In this document: piece by piece, positions 50,800 through 63,946 of the stretch
How positions within the stretch are numbered: the first letter of the stretch is position 1
Layout: each line of letters begins with the position of its first letter
Source of the DNA: Squalus acanthias
Lineage: Eukaryota
Direction of reading: 5' to 3'
Length of the DNA: 64,000 nucleotides
Assembly (NCBI GenBank): GCA_030390025.1
Contig: CM059429.1
Location: 143,096,001 to 143,160,000, forward strand
The notes under the pieces: model-generated
The model's input: the letters and a program-made list of their open reading frames with translations, nothing else
Told to the model about the DNA's origin: nothing
The model's database searches: none
Translations under genes and position numbers: made by a program

Positions 50800-52850
50800 G
50801 AGAAAATACTCAACTGGAGGGGGGCTAATTTCAGTGAGCTAAAAAGGAATCTCGCCCAGGTGGATTGGAAACAAAGATTAGTAGGTAAAACAGTAAATGA
50901 GCAATGGGAGGCCTGCAAAGAGGAGATGGTTCGGGTACAGACTAGACACATTCCTATGAGGGGGAAAGGAAGGGTATCCAAAGCTAGCACTCCCTGGATG
51001 ACTAAAATGAAACAGAAAAAGGAGGCTTATGTTAAATGTCAGATGCCTAATAGAATAGAGAATCAAGAAGAATACAGAAAGTTCAGATTAGTGGGTAACA
51101 TAAAAGGGAACCCAAACTCTTTTATAAAGATATAAATGGTAAAAGGATAGTCAAAGGATGGGTGGGGCCATATAGTGACCAAAAAGGAGATCTTCATGTG
51201 GAGACAGAGGGCATGGCTGAAGTACTAAATGAATAATTTGCTTCTGTCTTCACAAAATAAGAGGATGCTGCCAATGTCACAGTAAAGATAGTAGAAAAAT
51301 AGATAAAGAGGAGGTACTTAAAAGGTTGGCAGCGTTCAAAGTAGAAAAGTCACCCGGTCCAGATGGGATGCATCTTAGGTTGCTGAGGGAAGTAAGGGTG
51401 GAAATAGCATAGGCTCTAGCCACAATCTTCCAAACCTCCTTGAATATATAAGTGGTGCCAGAGACTGAAGGGTTGCAAATGTTACACCCCTGTTCAAAAA
51501 AGGGGAGACAAATAAACCCAGTAACTACAAGCCAGTCAGCCTAACGTCAGTGGTGGAGAAACATTTAGAGACAGTAGTCCAGGACAAAATAATTGTCACT
51601 TGAAAGACATGGGTTGATAAATGACAGCACGCACGGATTTGTTAAAGGCAAATCATATCTGACAAACTTGATTGAGTTCTTTGATGAAGTAATGGAGATG
51701 GTTGATGAGGATAGAGTGGTTGATGTTGTGTATCTGGACTTTCAAAAGGCATTTGATAAAGTACTACATAATAAACCGGTTAGAAAAATTGAAGCCCAAG
51801 TCAAAGAGGCAGTAGCAGCGTGGATATGAAATTGGTTAAGGGACAAAAAGCATTGAGTAGTGGAGAAAGGTTGTTTTTCAGACTGGAACAAAGTATACAG
51901 TGGAGTCCCCCAGGGGTCGGTGATATATATTAATGACCTGGACTTGGGTATACAGGGCATAATTTCAAAGTTTACAGATGACACCAAACTCGGAAATGTA
52001 GTAAACAGCGAGGAGGATAGTAACAGACTTCAGGAGGACACAGACAGACTGGTGAAATTGGCAGACACATGGCAGATTAAATTTAATGCAGAGAAGTGTG
52101 AAGTGATGCATTTTGGTAGGAAGAACGAGGAGTGGCAATATAAACAAAATGGTACAATTTTAAAGGGGGTGCAGGAACAGAGAGACCTGGAGGTGTATGT
52201 ACACAAGTCTTTGAAGGTGGTAAGACAAGTTGAGAGGGCTGTTAAAAAGCATATGGGATCCTTGACTTTATAAATTAAGGTACAGAGATCAAAAGCAAGG
52301 AAGTTATGCTAAACCTTTAGGTTAGGCCTCAGCTGGAGTATTGTGTCCAATTCTGGGCACCACACTTTAGGAAGGGTCTCAAGACCTTGGAGAAGGTGCA
52401 GAGGAGATTTACTAGAATTATCTCAGGAATGAGGGCCTTCAGTTATGTGGAGAAACTAGAGAAGCTGGGAGTGTTCTCTACAGAGCAGACTGAGGGAGAT
52501 TTAATATGTTAAGGGGTTTTGATAGAGTAGATAGAGAGAAACTGTTTCCACTGGCTGGAGGGTCGGTAACCAGAGGACACAGATTTAAGGTAATTGCCAA
52601 AAGAACCAGAAGGGAGTGGAGGAGAATTTTTTTTACACAGCGAATTGTTATGATCTGGAATGTATTGCCTGAAAGGGTGGTGGAAGCAGATTCAATAATA
52701 ACTTTCAAAAGGGAATTGGATAAATACTTGAAGGGGAAAACTCTGCAAGACTATAGGGAAAGAGCAGGGGAGTGGGACTAACTGGATAGCTCTACCAAAG
52801 AGCCAGCACAGGCACGAATGATCTCCTTCTGTGCTGTATGATTCTAAGTA
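50800..52850 (+). mobile_element. CR1 LINE, degenerate
   Basis: NWRGANFSEL, HGFVKGKSYLTNL, GVPQGSV, ISKFTDDTKL, WNVLPERVVEA. Confidence 0.93.
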
Positions 52851-53048
52851 TGAACATGTGCAGACGAAAGCTGTATATGCAGACCTACTGCTAGCATGGT
52901 CTATCCGTTAAAGAGCGCAACAGTCAGCTAAACATACTGACCCTGTATTTCCGGCCACTTTTATGTAAACCTGTCCATCAAGGACCACAAATTAAAAAGA
53001 CTAGCAGTTCAGGAGCCAATCAGAGACATAACGCTATTATTTTCTAAA

Positions 53049-53059
53049 AGGATGTGGTT
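53049..53059 (+). promoter_or_regulatory. ETS-RUNX composite motif in a candidate T-cell enhancer
   Basis: AGGATGTGGTT, with further RUNX-, ETS- and TCF-like motifs within about 400 bp of non-repeat DNA. Confidence 0.35.
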
Positions 53060-54569
53060 GGTTGAGTCTGAAAAACCTATTGTTCATGTTTCCTGAACAG
53101 CTTTGAAAGTATATGTTCCCCAATCATATAACCACTAGATATGTGTCTCATTTGTGCAATGTCAATTACCCTATATTTATATTGCTGACAGTATTTATTT
53201 AAAATGACTATTTGCCAAAGTTTTATATACAATAATAAATAGCTGACAGTGATTCAGAGCTTATTTAATTGAGGGATTTAGGTGATGTCATAAACTGTAA
53301 GAGGGAAGCACAATCCAACGCTAACTAGGTTGCAGTTTTGGAACTTGACTCTTTGCTTTAATAAGGTTGTTCTACAGAGGGTGAACTCACCACAAACACA
53401 CAGACACACTTTGTAGCTGGCTGAAGGGCAGATTGGCTCTATTGAAACATTTAGAACAAAGTTCATCCTGCCCTGACAGACAAGGAGCCAGTAACTAGCA
53501 GTACAGTGACATCCTGCAGCATTACAAAAACAACAATCAGCAAATTCAGATATGGCTAAATACATTTAAGGTTACATAATCATGTTTCTTTTAAGCAAAA
53601 GCATAAAAATCAACCGAATGGAAAACAACAATAAACATCTATCAGCGCATAGGACATTCTCAAATATGGTTCATATGGAAAGAAATAAGGCCAGAATCTC
53701 TCTGAATAGCTTCCCTTCTTAAAATGTGTCCCAAAGAATTTAAGCTTCCAGCTTAATCTCCTGATTCATATACTCTTATGAAAATCCTTCACATTACATT
53801 CAATTTGGCTCTTTCACAGCTATTGACCAAAATGATAATCTGTGATTTCTGGGCCCTAAGCTTTGGAGGCCTGGAATTTCCGCAGGAATTCTCCAGCAGA
53901 TCATCAGCGGACTCCCTCGGACAAATAGTGCAAACGACTAAAATTGGCTGTTTACGTGGTTTCTCCAGGGTTTCCACCAAAGTTACAGTGGGAGATCGGG
54001 AGAGCCGTGTGGAAATTCAGCGCTGTAGAATTACCTTTTTGTGGTTCAATAAACTCAGAGGCCATCTGAAATAAACAATCGTTCCAAATTATGACAGTAT
54101 CCATCAGCATCTCTTAATGTGTTTCTTAAGGACAATGTACTATTGATTCCAAGAATAGAAATACATTTCTGGCTTAATGTGCTTATTTAGTTAGTTGCTG
54201 AGCCAAATTTTTCTGAGTTAGCTGATCTCAGCTGGGGCAAAGGTAAGGGCGCTACCATTAGCTTCAGCACTCCTGGTTTAGGGAAGAGACAATCGGGCAA
54301 CGTTCCTGCTCCGCAGCAATATCCAGTGATTCCTGCTGGAATTCTTATGCGTGGACGGGCTTGGTCTTGGCTGTGATGACTCTGCAGTTGAATAGTCTGC
54401 TGGCACTCACTGCCAAGGTTCACACATGAATAATGGTCATTTGGTGAGGTACAGGAGGGCGACTGCTTGGTGTTGCCTTCGGTCAGAGGAGGAAAAGAAA
54501 GAGAAGTTAGTGGGGAGAGAGAAAGTTCAAGTGAACAACTATGTTTCTTACACTTCAATGTTTGTAGAG

Positions 54570-55268
54570 CACCGGTTCTCAAACTGGTGGGTCATGAAGC
54601 TCGTGCAGACAGAGCATGGCAACAGGCTGAAAACAGCAGAATCAATAGTCTAAAAATAAATGTAATTTGAATAATGCGGATACTGCAGTGGTTGTGTAGT
54701 TGTTCTTGTCATTTGGCTATAGTCCACATCAAAGCTCCTCTCCTCAGCAGAGACCCACACACATTTAGTTATCTTTTCACATTTTCTCCCCTTCTGAAGT
54801 TCAGATGACCCACTCTCTTTGCTTCCGTGGCTCAAAACCATTCATTCCCACTCTCTGCGAACTCTTTCGATCACTCAAACTTGCTCTTCCTGTTCTCTGC
54901 GCTTCTTCAGGGGCTCCAGTCTACTTCCTCTGCACTCCTGCAGTCTCCAGGCAGCAGAAAAGAGAAGGGATGGGAGCAAGAGAGAGAGAGAGAGAATCAG
55001 AAGTAAATGAGAGTGAGAGAGAAACAAGTGAAGGAGATAGAAATTGAAGAGAAAAGCAGAGGGAAGAAGGAAAGAGAGAAACAGGAAGAAAGTCAAAAGC
55101 AGAAGGAAAGGAGGAAGAGAGAGAGAATGAGAGACATGTTTGTAGACTTCCTGGTATCAGTATCCTTAGCTAGGTCGGCATGACAGGCTATGAGAATGTT
55201 TTGGTGTAGCCTACCTGGAAAAAGTTTGAAATGGTGGCGCCCAAATTAAAAATGTTTGAGAATCACTG
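54570..55268. mobile_element. hAT-type non-autonomous element
   Basis: Ends CACCGGTTCTCAAAC / GTTTGAGAATCACTG; TAGA-containing but poorly matching flanks. Confidence 0.65.
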
Positions 55269-55361
55269 TTTAGAAATAGAAAATGTAGAAATAATGTAGA
55301 AAAGGCAGAAAAGGAAACAAATGTGTGCAATTCAACCTAAAACAGGATTGTCTATATCAGA

Positions 55362-55545
55362 AATAAAAACAGAAAATGCGGGAAATACTCAGCAGGTCAG
55401 GCAGCATCTGTAGAGAGAGAAACAGAGTCAATGTTTCAGGTCGATGAACTCTGTTTCTCTCTCCACAGATGCTGCCTGACCTGCTGAGTATTTCCCGCAT
55501 TTTCTGTTTTTATTTCGGATTTCCAGCATCCGCAGTATTCTGCTT
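55362..55545. mobile_element. Penelope-like fold-back terminal fragment with 14-bp target-site duplication
   Basis: 69-bp inverted arms (55360-55428 and 55448-55516, one mismatch) plus a 3' tail; TTGTCTATATCAGA at 55348-55361 and 55546-55559. Confidence 0.82.
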
Positions 55546-56879
55546 TTGTCTATATCAGATCCTGTTGAAAGTTTAGAAAATACCACCAGAGGTTTGTACA
55601 TAGATAAATACCTAGAAATTCCAGCCCGTTTATGGAACGGAATAGACGTAATCTGGGCAGGGGAGAGGACTTTGGGACAGAACCCATTTCTGGTGTGTTT
55701 CTGCCCCTTCTTGGCCACTTAGAGAAATCTCAATTGGGGGATAGGCATTTTTTTTCACTGCCCCTCCTCCGTCGTAATCTCACTTTTGGAAGTAGCTCTG
55801 GCGGGATTGCAAGTCTCCACTGGAAATCCCATCAGTTCTGCTCAGCATACGGCCAACAGTAAGTATGCCTGCATGAAGCAGGCATATTTGCTGTACAACT
55901 GCTGTATGTGGGCCCCACAATGCCATACCCAAATGGCAAACAACCCGAGAGATTAATTGCTATTAGGAGAGCTGCACATCATCAATGGTGCAGCCAACAC
56001 TTTAAATCTTGGACCATGGTAACTTAGGCCAGACGAATATGTGCCCCTTTGATGGGACAGCAAGGTGCCATTCTGAAATCCCTGTGCCCTGTGGGACAGA
56101 CACCCCAGTAGTATTGTAAATAGCACGGGCACGTGCCCTTATTATACGAATGACCCCATCCTCAATTCCTTGGAATTTGGAGACAGGGTCAGGCTCAGGG
56201 CAGGTGACTGAGTAAAAGTCCCACCCCAACACGCTTCTGGTGGCAGAGCAGGGCTCTCGGGATTTCTAGCTTATATGACAGCAAGAGGCAACTGACACAA
56301 GGATCCTTGTAGTTGCTGGGAGCACAGAAAGGTTTCAGACAAATTGTACCATTGAGAAAATCAGTTTTTTCCCCATAACATAATAAACACTCCCAGCTTC
56401 TAGAAGTGATGGTTAACACTGCATTTGAATATCTGAATACAAAGCACAGAGTTGGAGATGATATTAGACCTGATTTTAAGTCATGACGCGTTTAGAGTGG
56501 GCGGTGTTTGCGGGCCAGGCGGGAGTCCCCCACCAACTCCTTGGCATGAGGCCAGGGCCATTTTAACTCCTGGGACTCCTTTGAATTGTTCAGGTATTCC
56601 TCCTGCCCGAAACCGGCGGGAGTGACAAGCTGGCGGGAGCAGGAATCGCGCCAGGAGCCGCATGCCACCGGAGGACCCAAGAGAACAGTCCCCGGCACAA
56701 GATCTGGCTCACTGTCTGCTCTCCCCATCTGCCCTCTCAGGTGGACATAAAATATCCCATTGTACAAACAGGGCGTTCTTCTCTAAAATATAGTTTTAGA
56801 TGAGCAATTTTGAAATTGAAACCATCAATAATTGAGAACACTGGCAAATATCTATATGAAGAAACCAAATAACTTTGCC

Positions 56880-57480
56880 AACAACAACTTGCGTACATAT
56901 AAGCACCTCTAATGTAGAAAAACATCCCAAAGTGTTTCACAGAGATGCAATCAGAAAAATGGACACCAAGCCAAAGAAGGCGATATTAGGAGGGGTGATA
57001 AAATCCTTGATCAGTGAGGTGGGTTTTAAGGAGTGAGTTAAAGGGGTAGAGGAAGAAGGAGAGGCAGAGGGGTTTAGGGAGTGAATTCCAGAGCATAGGG
57101 CCTAGGTAGCTGAAAACATGACCGCTAATTGTGAGGTGAAGTGGGGAGGGGTACATGAGAGGCCAGAGTCAGAGGAATGGAGAGTTCAGAGGAGGTTGGG
57201 TAAGGCCATGAAGGGATTTAAACATAAGGATGAAAATGTTAAATTTGAGGCATCGTGAAACTGGGAGCTCGAATAGGCCTGATGGACGAGTAAGATTGCT
57301 GCAGGATAGGATACAGGCAGAATTGTTTTGGATGAGCTTAAGTTTACAGAGGATTGGAGACTGGTCTGGAGAACATTGGAATAGTTGAGTTTGGTGATGA
57401 CAACAGCATGAATGAGGGTTTCAGTAGCAGACAGGCTGGCGTAGGGACAGAAGCAGACAATACTTCAGACATGGAAGTGC
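56880..57480 (-). mobile_element. L2 LINE 3' part
   Basis: (CAA)n tail, then the reverse complement of sequence similar to 63300-63945. Confidence 0.8.
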
Positions 57481-57546
57481 GAACATACAAAATTGACGGG
57501 CAGGAAAAGACTAGCTGGTCCATCAAGCCTGCCCTGCACCACGATA

Positions 57547-60063
57547 GGAACATAAGAACAGGAGTAGGCCATTGAGCCCCTCGAGCCTGTTCCACCGTTC
57601 AATGAGATCATGACTGATTTGCGACCTAACTCCATATACCTGCCTTTGGCCCATATCCCTCAATACCTTTGGTTAACAAAAAGCTATCAATCTCAGATTT
57701 AAAATTAACAATTGATCGGGCATCAATTGCCATTTGCGGAAGAGAGTTCCAAACTTCTACCACCCTTTGGGTGTAGAAATGTTTCTTAATTTCACTCCTG
57801 AAAGGTCTGGCTCTAATTTTTAGACTGTGCCCCCTAGTCCTAGAATCCCCAACCAGTGGAAATAGTTTCTCTCTATCTACCCTATCTGTTCCCCTTAATA
57901 TCCTGAAAACTTCGATCAGATCACCCCTTAACCTTCTAAATTCTAGGGAATACAACCCTAATCTGTGTAATCTCTCCTCGTAACTTAACCCTTGAAGTCC
58001 GGGTATCATTCTGGTAAACCTACGCTGCACTCCCTCCAAGGCCAATATATCCTTCCAAAGGTGTGGAGCCCAGAACTGCTCACAGTGCTCCAGGTGTGGT
58101 ATAACCAGGGTTTTGTATAGCTGCAGCATAACCTCTATCCCCTTGTATTCTAGTCCTCTAGATATAAAAGCCAGCATTCTATTAGCCTTTTTGATTATTT
58201 TCTGTATATGTTCATGACATTTTAATGATCTATGTACCTGGACCCCCCAAGTCTCTTTGGACCTCCACTGTTTTTAGCTTTTCACTATTTAGAAAGTACC
58301 CTCTTCTATCCTTTTTAGGTCCAAAGTGGATGACCTCACATTTGCCTACATTGAAATCCATTTGCCACAGTTTTGCCCATTCACTTAATCTATCGATATC
58401 CCTTTGTAATTTTATGCTTCCATCTACACTGCCTACAATTCCACCTATCTTTGTGTCATCAGCAAATTTGGATATCTGACTTTCTATGCCATCATCTAAG
58501 TCGCTAATAAACACTGTGAATAGTTAAGGCCCCAACACAGATCCCTGTGGGACGCCACTAGTCACATCCTGCCAATTTGAGTACCTACCCATTATCTCTA
58601 CTCTCTGATTCCTGCTGCTCAGCCAATTACCTAACCAGGTCAATAATTTGCCCTCAATTCCGTGGGCTTCTACCTTAATTAATAGTCTCTTATGTGGGAC
58701 TTTATCAAATGCCTTCTGGAAATCCATATAAATAACATCCATAGACATTCCCCTGTCCACTACTTCAGTCACCTCCTCAAAAAATTCATTCAGGTTTGTC
58801 AGGCATGACCTACCTTTCAAATTCATGCTGGCTCTCTCTGATCAACCAAAAATTTGAGAGGCGTTCAGACACCCTATCCTTAATGATAGACTCTAGCAAT
58901 TTCCTGACAACAGATGTTAGGCTAACTGATCTATAATTTCCTGGTTTCCCTCTCTCGCCATTCTTAAATAGTGGAGTGACATGCCCAAGTTTCTAATCTA
59001 AAGGAACGGTTTCTGAATCGAGAGAACTTTCAAAGATTATCGTTAGGGCATCTGCAATGTGCTCACCTACTTCCTTTAAAACCCTGGGATGGAAACCATC
59101 TGGTCCTGGGGATTTCTCACTCTTTAGTGCCATTATTTTCTTCATTACTGTTATTTTACTTACGTTAATTTTATTGAGTCCCTGTCCCAATATTAGTTTC
59201 CTTGGGATTTCTGGCATGCTATCTCTTCCTCTACTGTAAATACTGACGCAAAGTAATTATTCAACATGTCCACCATTTCCTTATCATTGACAATATCATC
59301 GTTTTCAGTTTTTAAGGGGCCAACATTGCTCGACTACCCTCTTTTTTCTAATATAATTGTAAAAATTCTGTGTGTTGATTTTGATATCTCTTGCAAGTTT
59401 CTTTTCATACTCCCTTTTTGTAGCTCTTACTATCTGTTTTGTGATCCTTTGCTGTTCTTTGTATCTTTCCCATTCGCCAGGATCTGTGCTATTTTTGTAT
59501 GCTTTTTCTCTTAGTTTTATGTTGTCCCTCACCTCTTTAGTCATCCATGGCTTTTTTTTTGGCAAGTAGAGCTCTTGCCCCCTCAGGGGTATAAACTGGT
59601 TCTGCATCACATTAATTTCTTTTTTGAACATCTCCCACTGATCATCTGTCATTTTACCCATTAACAGATTCGCCCAGTTTACTGTGGACAGTCTCTGTCT
59701 CATCCCGTTGAAGTCAGCCTTACCTAAATCTAGAATCTTAGTAGCTGTTTTGCGTTTCTCCCTTTCAAACACTATGTTGAACTCAATCATGTTATGATCG
59801 CTATTGGATAAATGTTCACGCACAGTTAGGCTGTTAACTAAATCTGGTTTATTAATAAATCTAATATGGCCTTGTTGCCCCTAGGACATACTGTTGTAGA
59901 AAACTATCCCGGACACACTCAAGAAATTCACTACTTTTCTGACAGGTGCTAGTCTGCTTATCCCAATCTATATGAAAGTTAAAATCCCCCCATTAAAACC
60001 ACTCTGCCTTTGTTACACGCTTGTCTAATCTCTGCATTTATACAATCCAGCACATCACAGCTG
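57547..60063 (-). mobile_element. CR1 LINE (endonuclease end to 3' tail), degenerate
   Basis: VVLMGGF, HLSNSDHNMIEF, KSPGPDGFHPRVL, GVPQGSVLGP, ISKFADDTKI, WNSLPQ. Confidence 0.95.
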
Positions 60064-60174
60064 CATGGACAGGATACCTGGGCATCATTAATGAAGAAGG
60101 ATCCAGATATCAACACATCAAACAAAACACTTGGAAAAATGGTTGACTGGGCTTTTTGTTTTCCATCTTGACAG

Positions 60175-60278
60175 ATGCTGACGGTATGAACCTGAATGAC
60201 CCTAAGTTGTGTTACATTCTGGATGGAATTCTCTTTGTGTATGGGATTATAATCACTGCTCTCTACCTTAAACTGAGG
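60175..60278 (+). CDS. CD247: CD3 zeta chain, transmembrane exon (exon 2), phase 1 to phase 0
   Basis: Acceptor TTTTGTTTTCCATCTTGACAG, donor GTAAGT. 104 bp encoding (D)ADGMNLNDPKLCYILDGILFVYGIIITALYLKLR with the DPKLCYxLDG dimerisation Cys and TM Asp; length and phases match the recalled mammalian CD247 exon 2. Confidence 0.92.
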
Positions 60279-61803
60279 GTAAGTCATTTACCATTATATT
60301 TAACTGTTAAGCTTCAAGGGAACCATAAATTGTATATTTGTTATAAATAGAGGGAGATAGTGTTATATTGCATAGGTCTCCAGGTTACTCCATACCATTA
60401 ATGTAATTCTTCAAAATGTACAGGTCTAAACTGTATGGGGAGCAAATCAGTCAACCTTATTCCAGTGATTCATGTGCAGTATGCTCGGAGTTTTAGTGTG
60501 TGCCACGATCTAGATGTAGATGTATCGATGTGCTGCAGCATCGAGTGGTAGGACACAGCACCCATGATTTCCCACCCAAGAAGTTTCCAGGTTCGGCCAA
60601 ATACCGTGTAGACTAGGAAGGGTGGATCTCAAGTTATTTTGGTAATGTTAATTTGGTAATCTAACTTTACACAGTCACAGCAAAAACATTTAAAATGGAA
60701 TAGTAACAAACTCCCCCATGGGAGTTGCATAGCTATGCACACAATGGGGACGTGCTCCTAGACAGATAAGGCATTATTTTTTAATGAGATACATTTTTCT
60801 TCTTTATTGCAGCATGAATTATTAGAGCTGGACATTTTTTCCCCTTAGCACGAGGCATCCATGGCCATTACTAGCATAGAAAGAACATTTATCCCAAGGT
60901 TTCAGTGCTTCACCTCTTTTCCAAACATTAAATTAATAAAACCACACAGATTAAAACTACATTTGTTTAAAAACAAATAGTGGGAAGATTGTCCATTCAC
61001 CTATGGGAACATTTTGTTCCCATTCCTGGTGCAGATCATAAAAATCTGACAAGTTAGCACACCAAGGACTCCATAATCATTTGACAACAATTACCACATT
61101 AATTTTACCATACACAAGGAAATACTTATTTCTTACCACAGTGTAACTGCCACCCTACTACAGAACAGAAATAGCACTAGTGTCAATGAAAAGAATATTT
61201 CGTCCTTAGCTCCATATGGTTTATCTTGCTTGCAAGTCCTATGATGGCATTTATTTAACATTACCATTCACAAATAAATTATTAAAGTTTGGAGATTTTT
61301 CTAATTTCACGTTACATTTTTGTAGAAAAGTGTCCTCTACACACAAGACATTGTTGATGCAGGATATTTGTGAATGCATGCACTTCTCTTTGTAATTTCC
61401 CAATTATTTTTTAATTATCCTTTCAGCACTCCATGGGCCACACATGAATTGGGGTTGAAAGGGCAAACAGGTGACCTGCTCTCTTGCCTCTTATGCTGGC
61501 TGCAAGGAGTAGCAGGAAAGTGGTCTGATTGAACCTCTCTCAGATTCCCTCCCTCCACCACCTTTTGGAAAAGTGCATGAGTAGCACCTCCCCCGAGCAT
61601 GGCTGAGATTGGTAACTATTGGTAACCCAGTAGTGTGGGAGACTGTGGGTGTCTTGATACAGGATTCTCATCACACAAAGGACAAATTGAAAAATCTTTA
61701 TAATTTCTTGTAGTATGAGAATATACAGTAATATGTTTGTAGCAGGATTGAAAAATGAAATTCATTTTTGCAAAATGTCCTTTTTTTAATTTTGTTTTCA
61801 AAG

Positions 61804-61872
61804 CTGACCAAGGTAAAAAGTAAACCAGAAGATAGTCCTGCTAACCAACCGAATCTAGATGACCCATATCAA
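61804..61872 (+). CDS. CD247: CD3 zeta chain exon 3 (membrane-proximal tail to first ITAM tyrosine), phase 0 to phase 0
   Basis: Acceptor TTTTGTTTTCAAAG, donor GTAAGT. In-frame LTKVKSKPEDSPANQPNLDDPYQ ends in Y-x like mammalian exon 3 (…QLYN). Confidence 0.8.
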
Positions 61873-62999
61873 GTAAGTAGCTGTTTACATTTTATTTAAT
61901 TGGTTACTTTTTAAACTGTTGCTGCGTTATCCAATTTATTAGTTCTGACACCCTGTGACGTACAGTGAAAACGTTGTTTGCCACCACTACTGAAGCTCGA
62001 GTGTACTGAGGTGTACATTGTACACTGAGGTGGCCAATGTTCAGTTGCTTGTCACCCACAAATCACTCACCTTTTCTGCAAATGGTACTCACTATTTTGG
62101 AGATGGGTCTAGATGAAAGTAGGACAAATGCATGTTCAGACCATTATTCACAATATTTGGCGCTGAAAATTAATTGGAGGAAGGGTAACACAAAAGTTGA
62201 CAAATACAAATCCATCTTCTTGGAGGAAGCCAGAAAAGAATCCGTATTTTTCACTGTTTTCCCTCTCTTTACCAATAAAAATCTCTTCACAAATCCCCAT
62301 CCCATTATTATACGAATCTCTGAAATGACTGAAGTGTTTTGGCAACACACTAATAACAGAGTGAAACTGCCCTTTCTCACTCCCGTAGGTGTGTGGTCTT
62401 TTATCCTTGGCGCCTGGGGGGGGGGAAATTCATACCAGAGATTTAAAACATTTTTTTAAAACTTTGAATACAGGCATTTGTGTGATTTAATAATTGTAAG
62501 TTGTTAAAGATCAGTCGCAGTTGAGACTGAAATGTTCTGAAAATCATATGTGATATAAAAGCTTAAGACTTAATGTGAAGGAATAGTTCAATGTTGTCAT
62601 TTAGTTTATTTGGAGAAGTACAAAAGTATTCTGTATATTTCTCTAATTCTTCAATGTGCTCGGCATTCAAATTTGACAGAAAATATAATTCTGTATGACA
62701 GAAAGCATTAGAACTTACAGAGGAGCTTCAGAACGGTTGAAACTATGGGGCCGTTTATTGTTTCGGGGGAATATCGAGCAGGATGTCCACCTCATGCAGT
62801 CACCGGGAGGCCTGATCAATTTTCGTGGTCGGGCATCATTAACAAGCAGTCAGTGAGCTGCCAGTGCTAATTGTGCTCCTTATAGGCAGCTCACCGATTG
62901 GGAGGTTGGGAAATCCAGCCGGGTAGCTGATTTTGATGAGCCTGTGGCAGCATCTTAAAGAGGAGGGTGGAAGCATCAGGAGTAGCAGTTTATATTCTC

Positions 63000-63945
63000 C
63001 TCTGCATGTTGCCCCTCAGCGATATCATTGGAAAACACAGCATCAGTTTCTACATGTACGCTGATGACACCCAGCTCTACCTCACCACCACCTCTCCCGA
63101 CCCCGCCATTGTCTCTAAATTGTCAGACCGCTAATCTGACATCCAGTACTGGATGAGCAGAAATTTCCTCCAAATAAATATTGGGAAACTGAAACCATTG
63201 TCTTCAGTCCCTGCCACTATCTCTGTTCCCAAGCCACCAACTCCATCCCTCTCCCTGGCAATTCAACCAGACTATTCACAACCTTGGTGTAGTATTTGAC
63301 CCTGAGATGAGCTTCCGACCACACATCCATGCCATCACTAAGACCACCTATTTCCACCTCCATAAAATCGTCCGACTCCACCCCTGCTTCAGCTCATCTG
63401 CTGCTGAATCCCTCATCCATGCCTTTATTACCACTGGACTTCACTATTTCAACCCACTCCTGGCTGGCCTCCCATCTTCCACCCTCCGTAAACTTGAGGT
63501 CATCCAAAACTCTGCTGCCCATGTCCTAATTCGCACCAAGTCCCATTCACCCATCACTCTTGTGCTCGCTGACCTACATTGGCTCCAGGTTAAGCAACGC
63601 CTCGATTTTAAAATTCTCATCGTTGTTTTCAAATCCCTCTATGGCCTGGCCCCTCCCTATCTCTGTAATCTCCTCCAACCCTACAACCCTCTGCGATATC
63701 GGCGCTCCTCCAATTCTGACCTCTTACGCATCCCCAATTTTAATCGCTCCATCATTGGTGGACGTATCTTCAGCTGCCAAGGCCCTAAGCTCTGGAATTC
63801 CCTCCCTAACCCTCTACCTCTCTTTCCTCCTTTAAGACGCTCCTTAAAACCCACCTCTTTGACCAAGCTTTTGGTCATCTGCCCTAATATCTCCTTATGT
63901 AGCTCAGTGTCAAATTTTGTTTGATAACGATCCTGTGAAGCATCT
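63000..63945 (+). mobile_element. L2 LINE RT C-terminal part
   Basis: FYMYADDTQLY; ORF 63307-63924 (LEVIQNSAAHVL, LADLHWL, GPKLWNSLP). Confidence 0.92.
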
Positions 63946-63946
63946 T

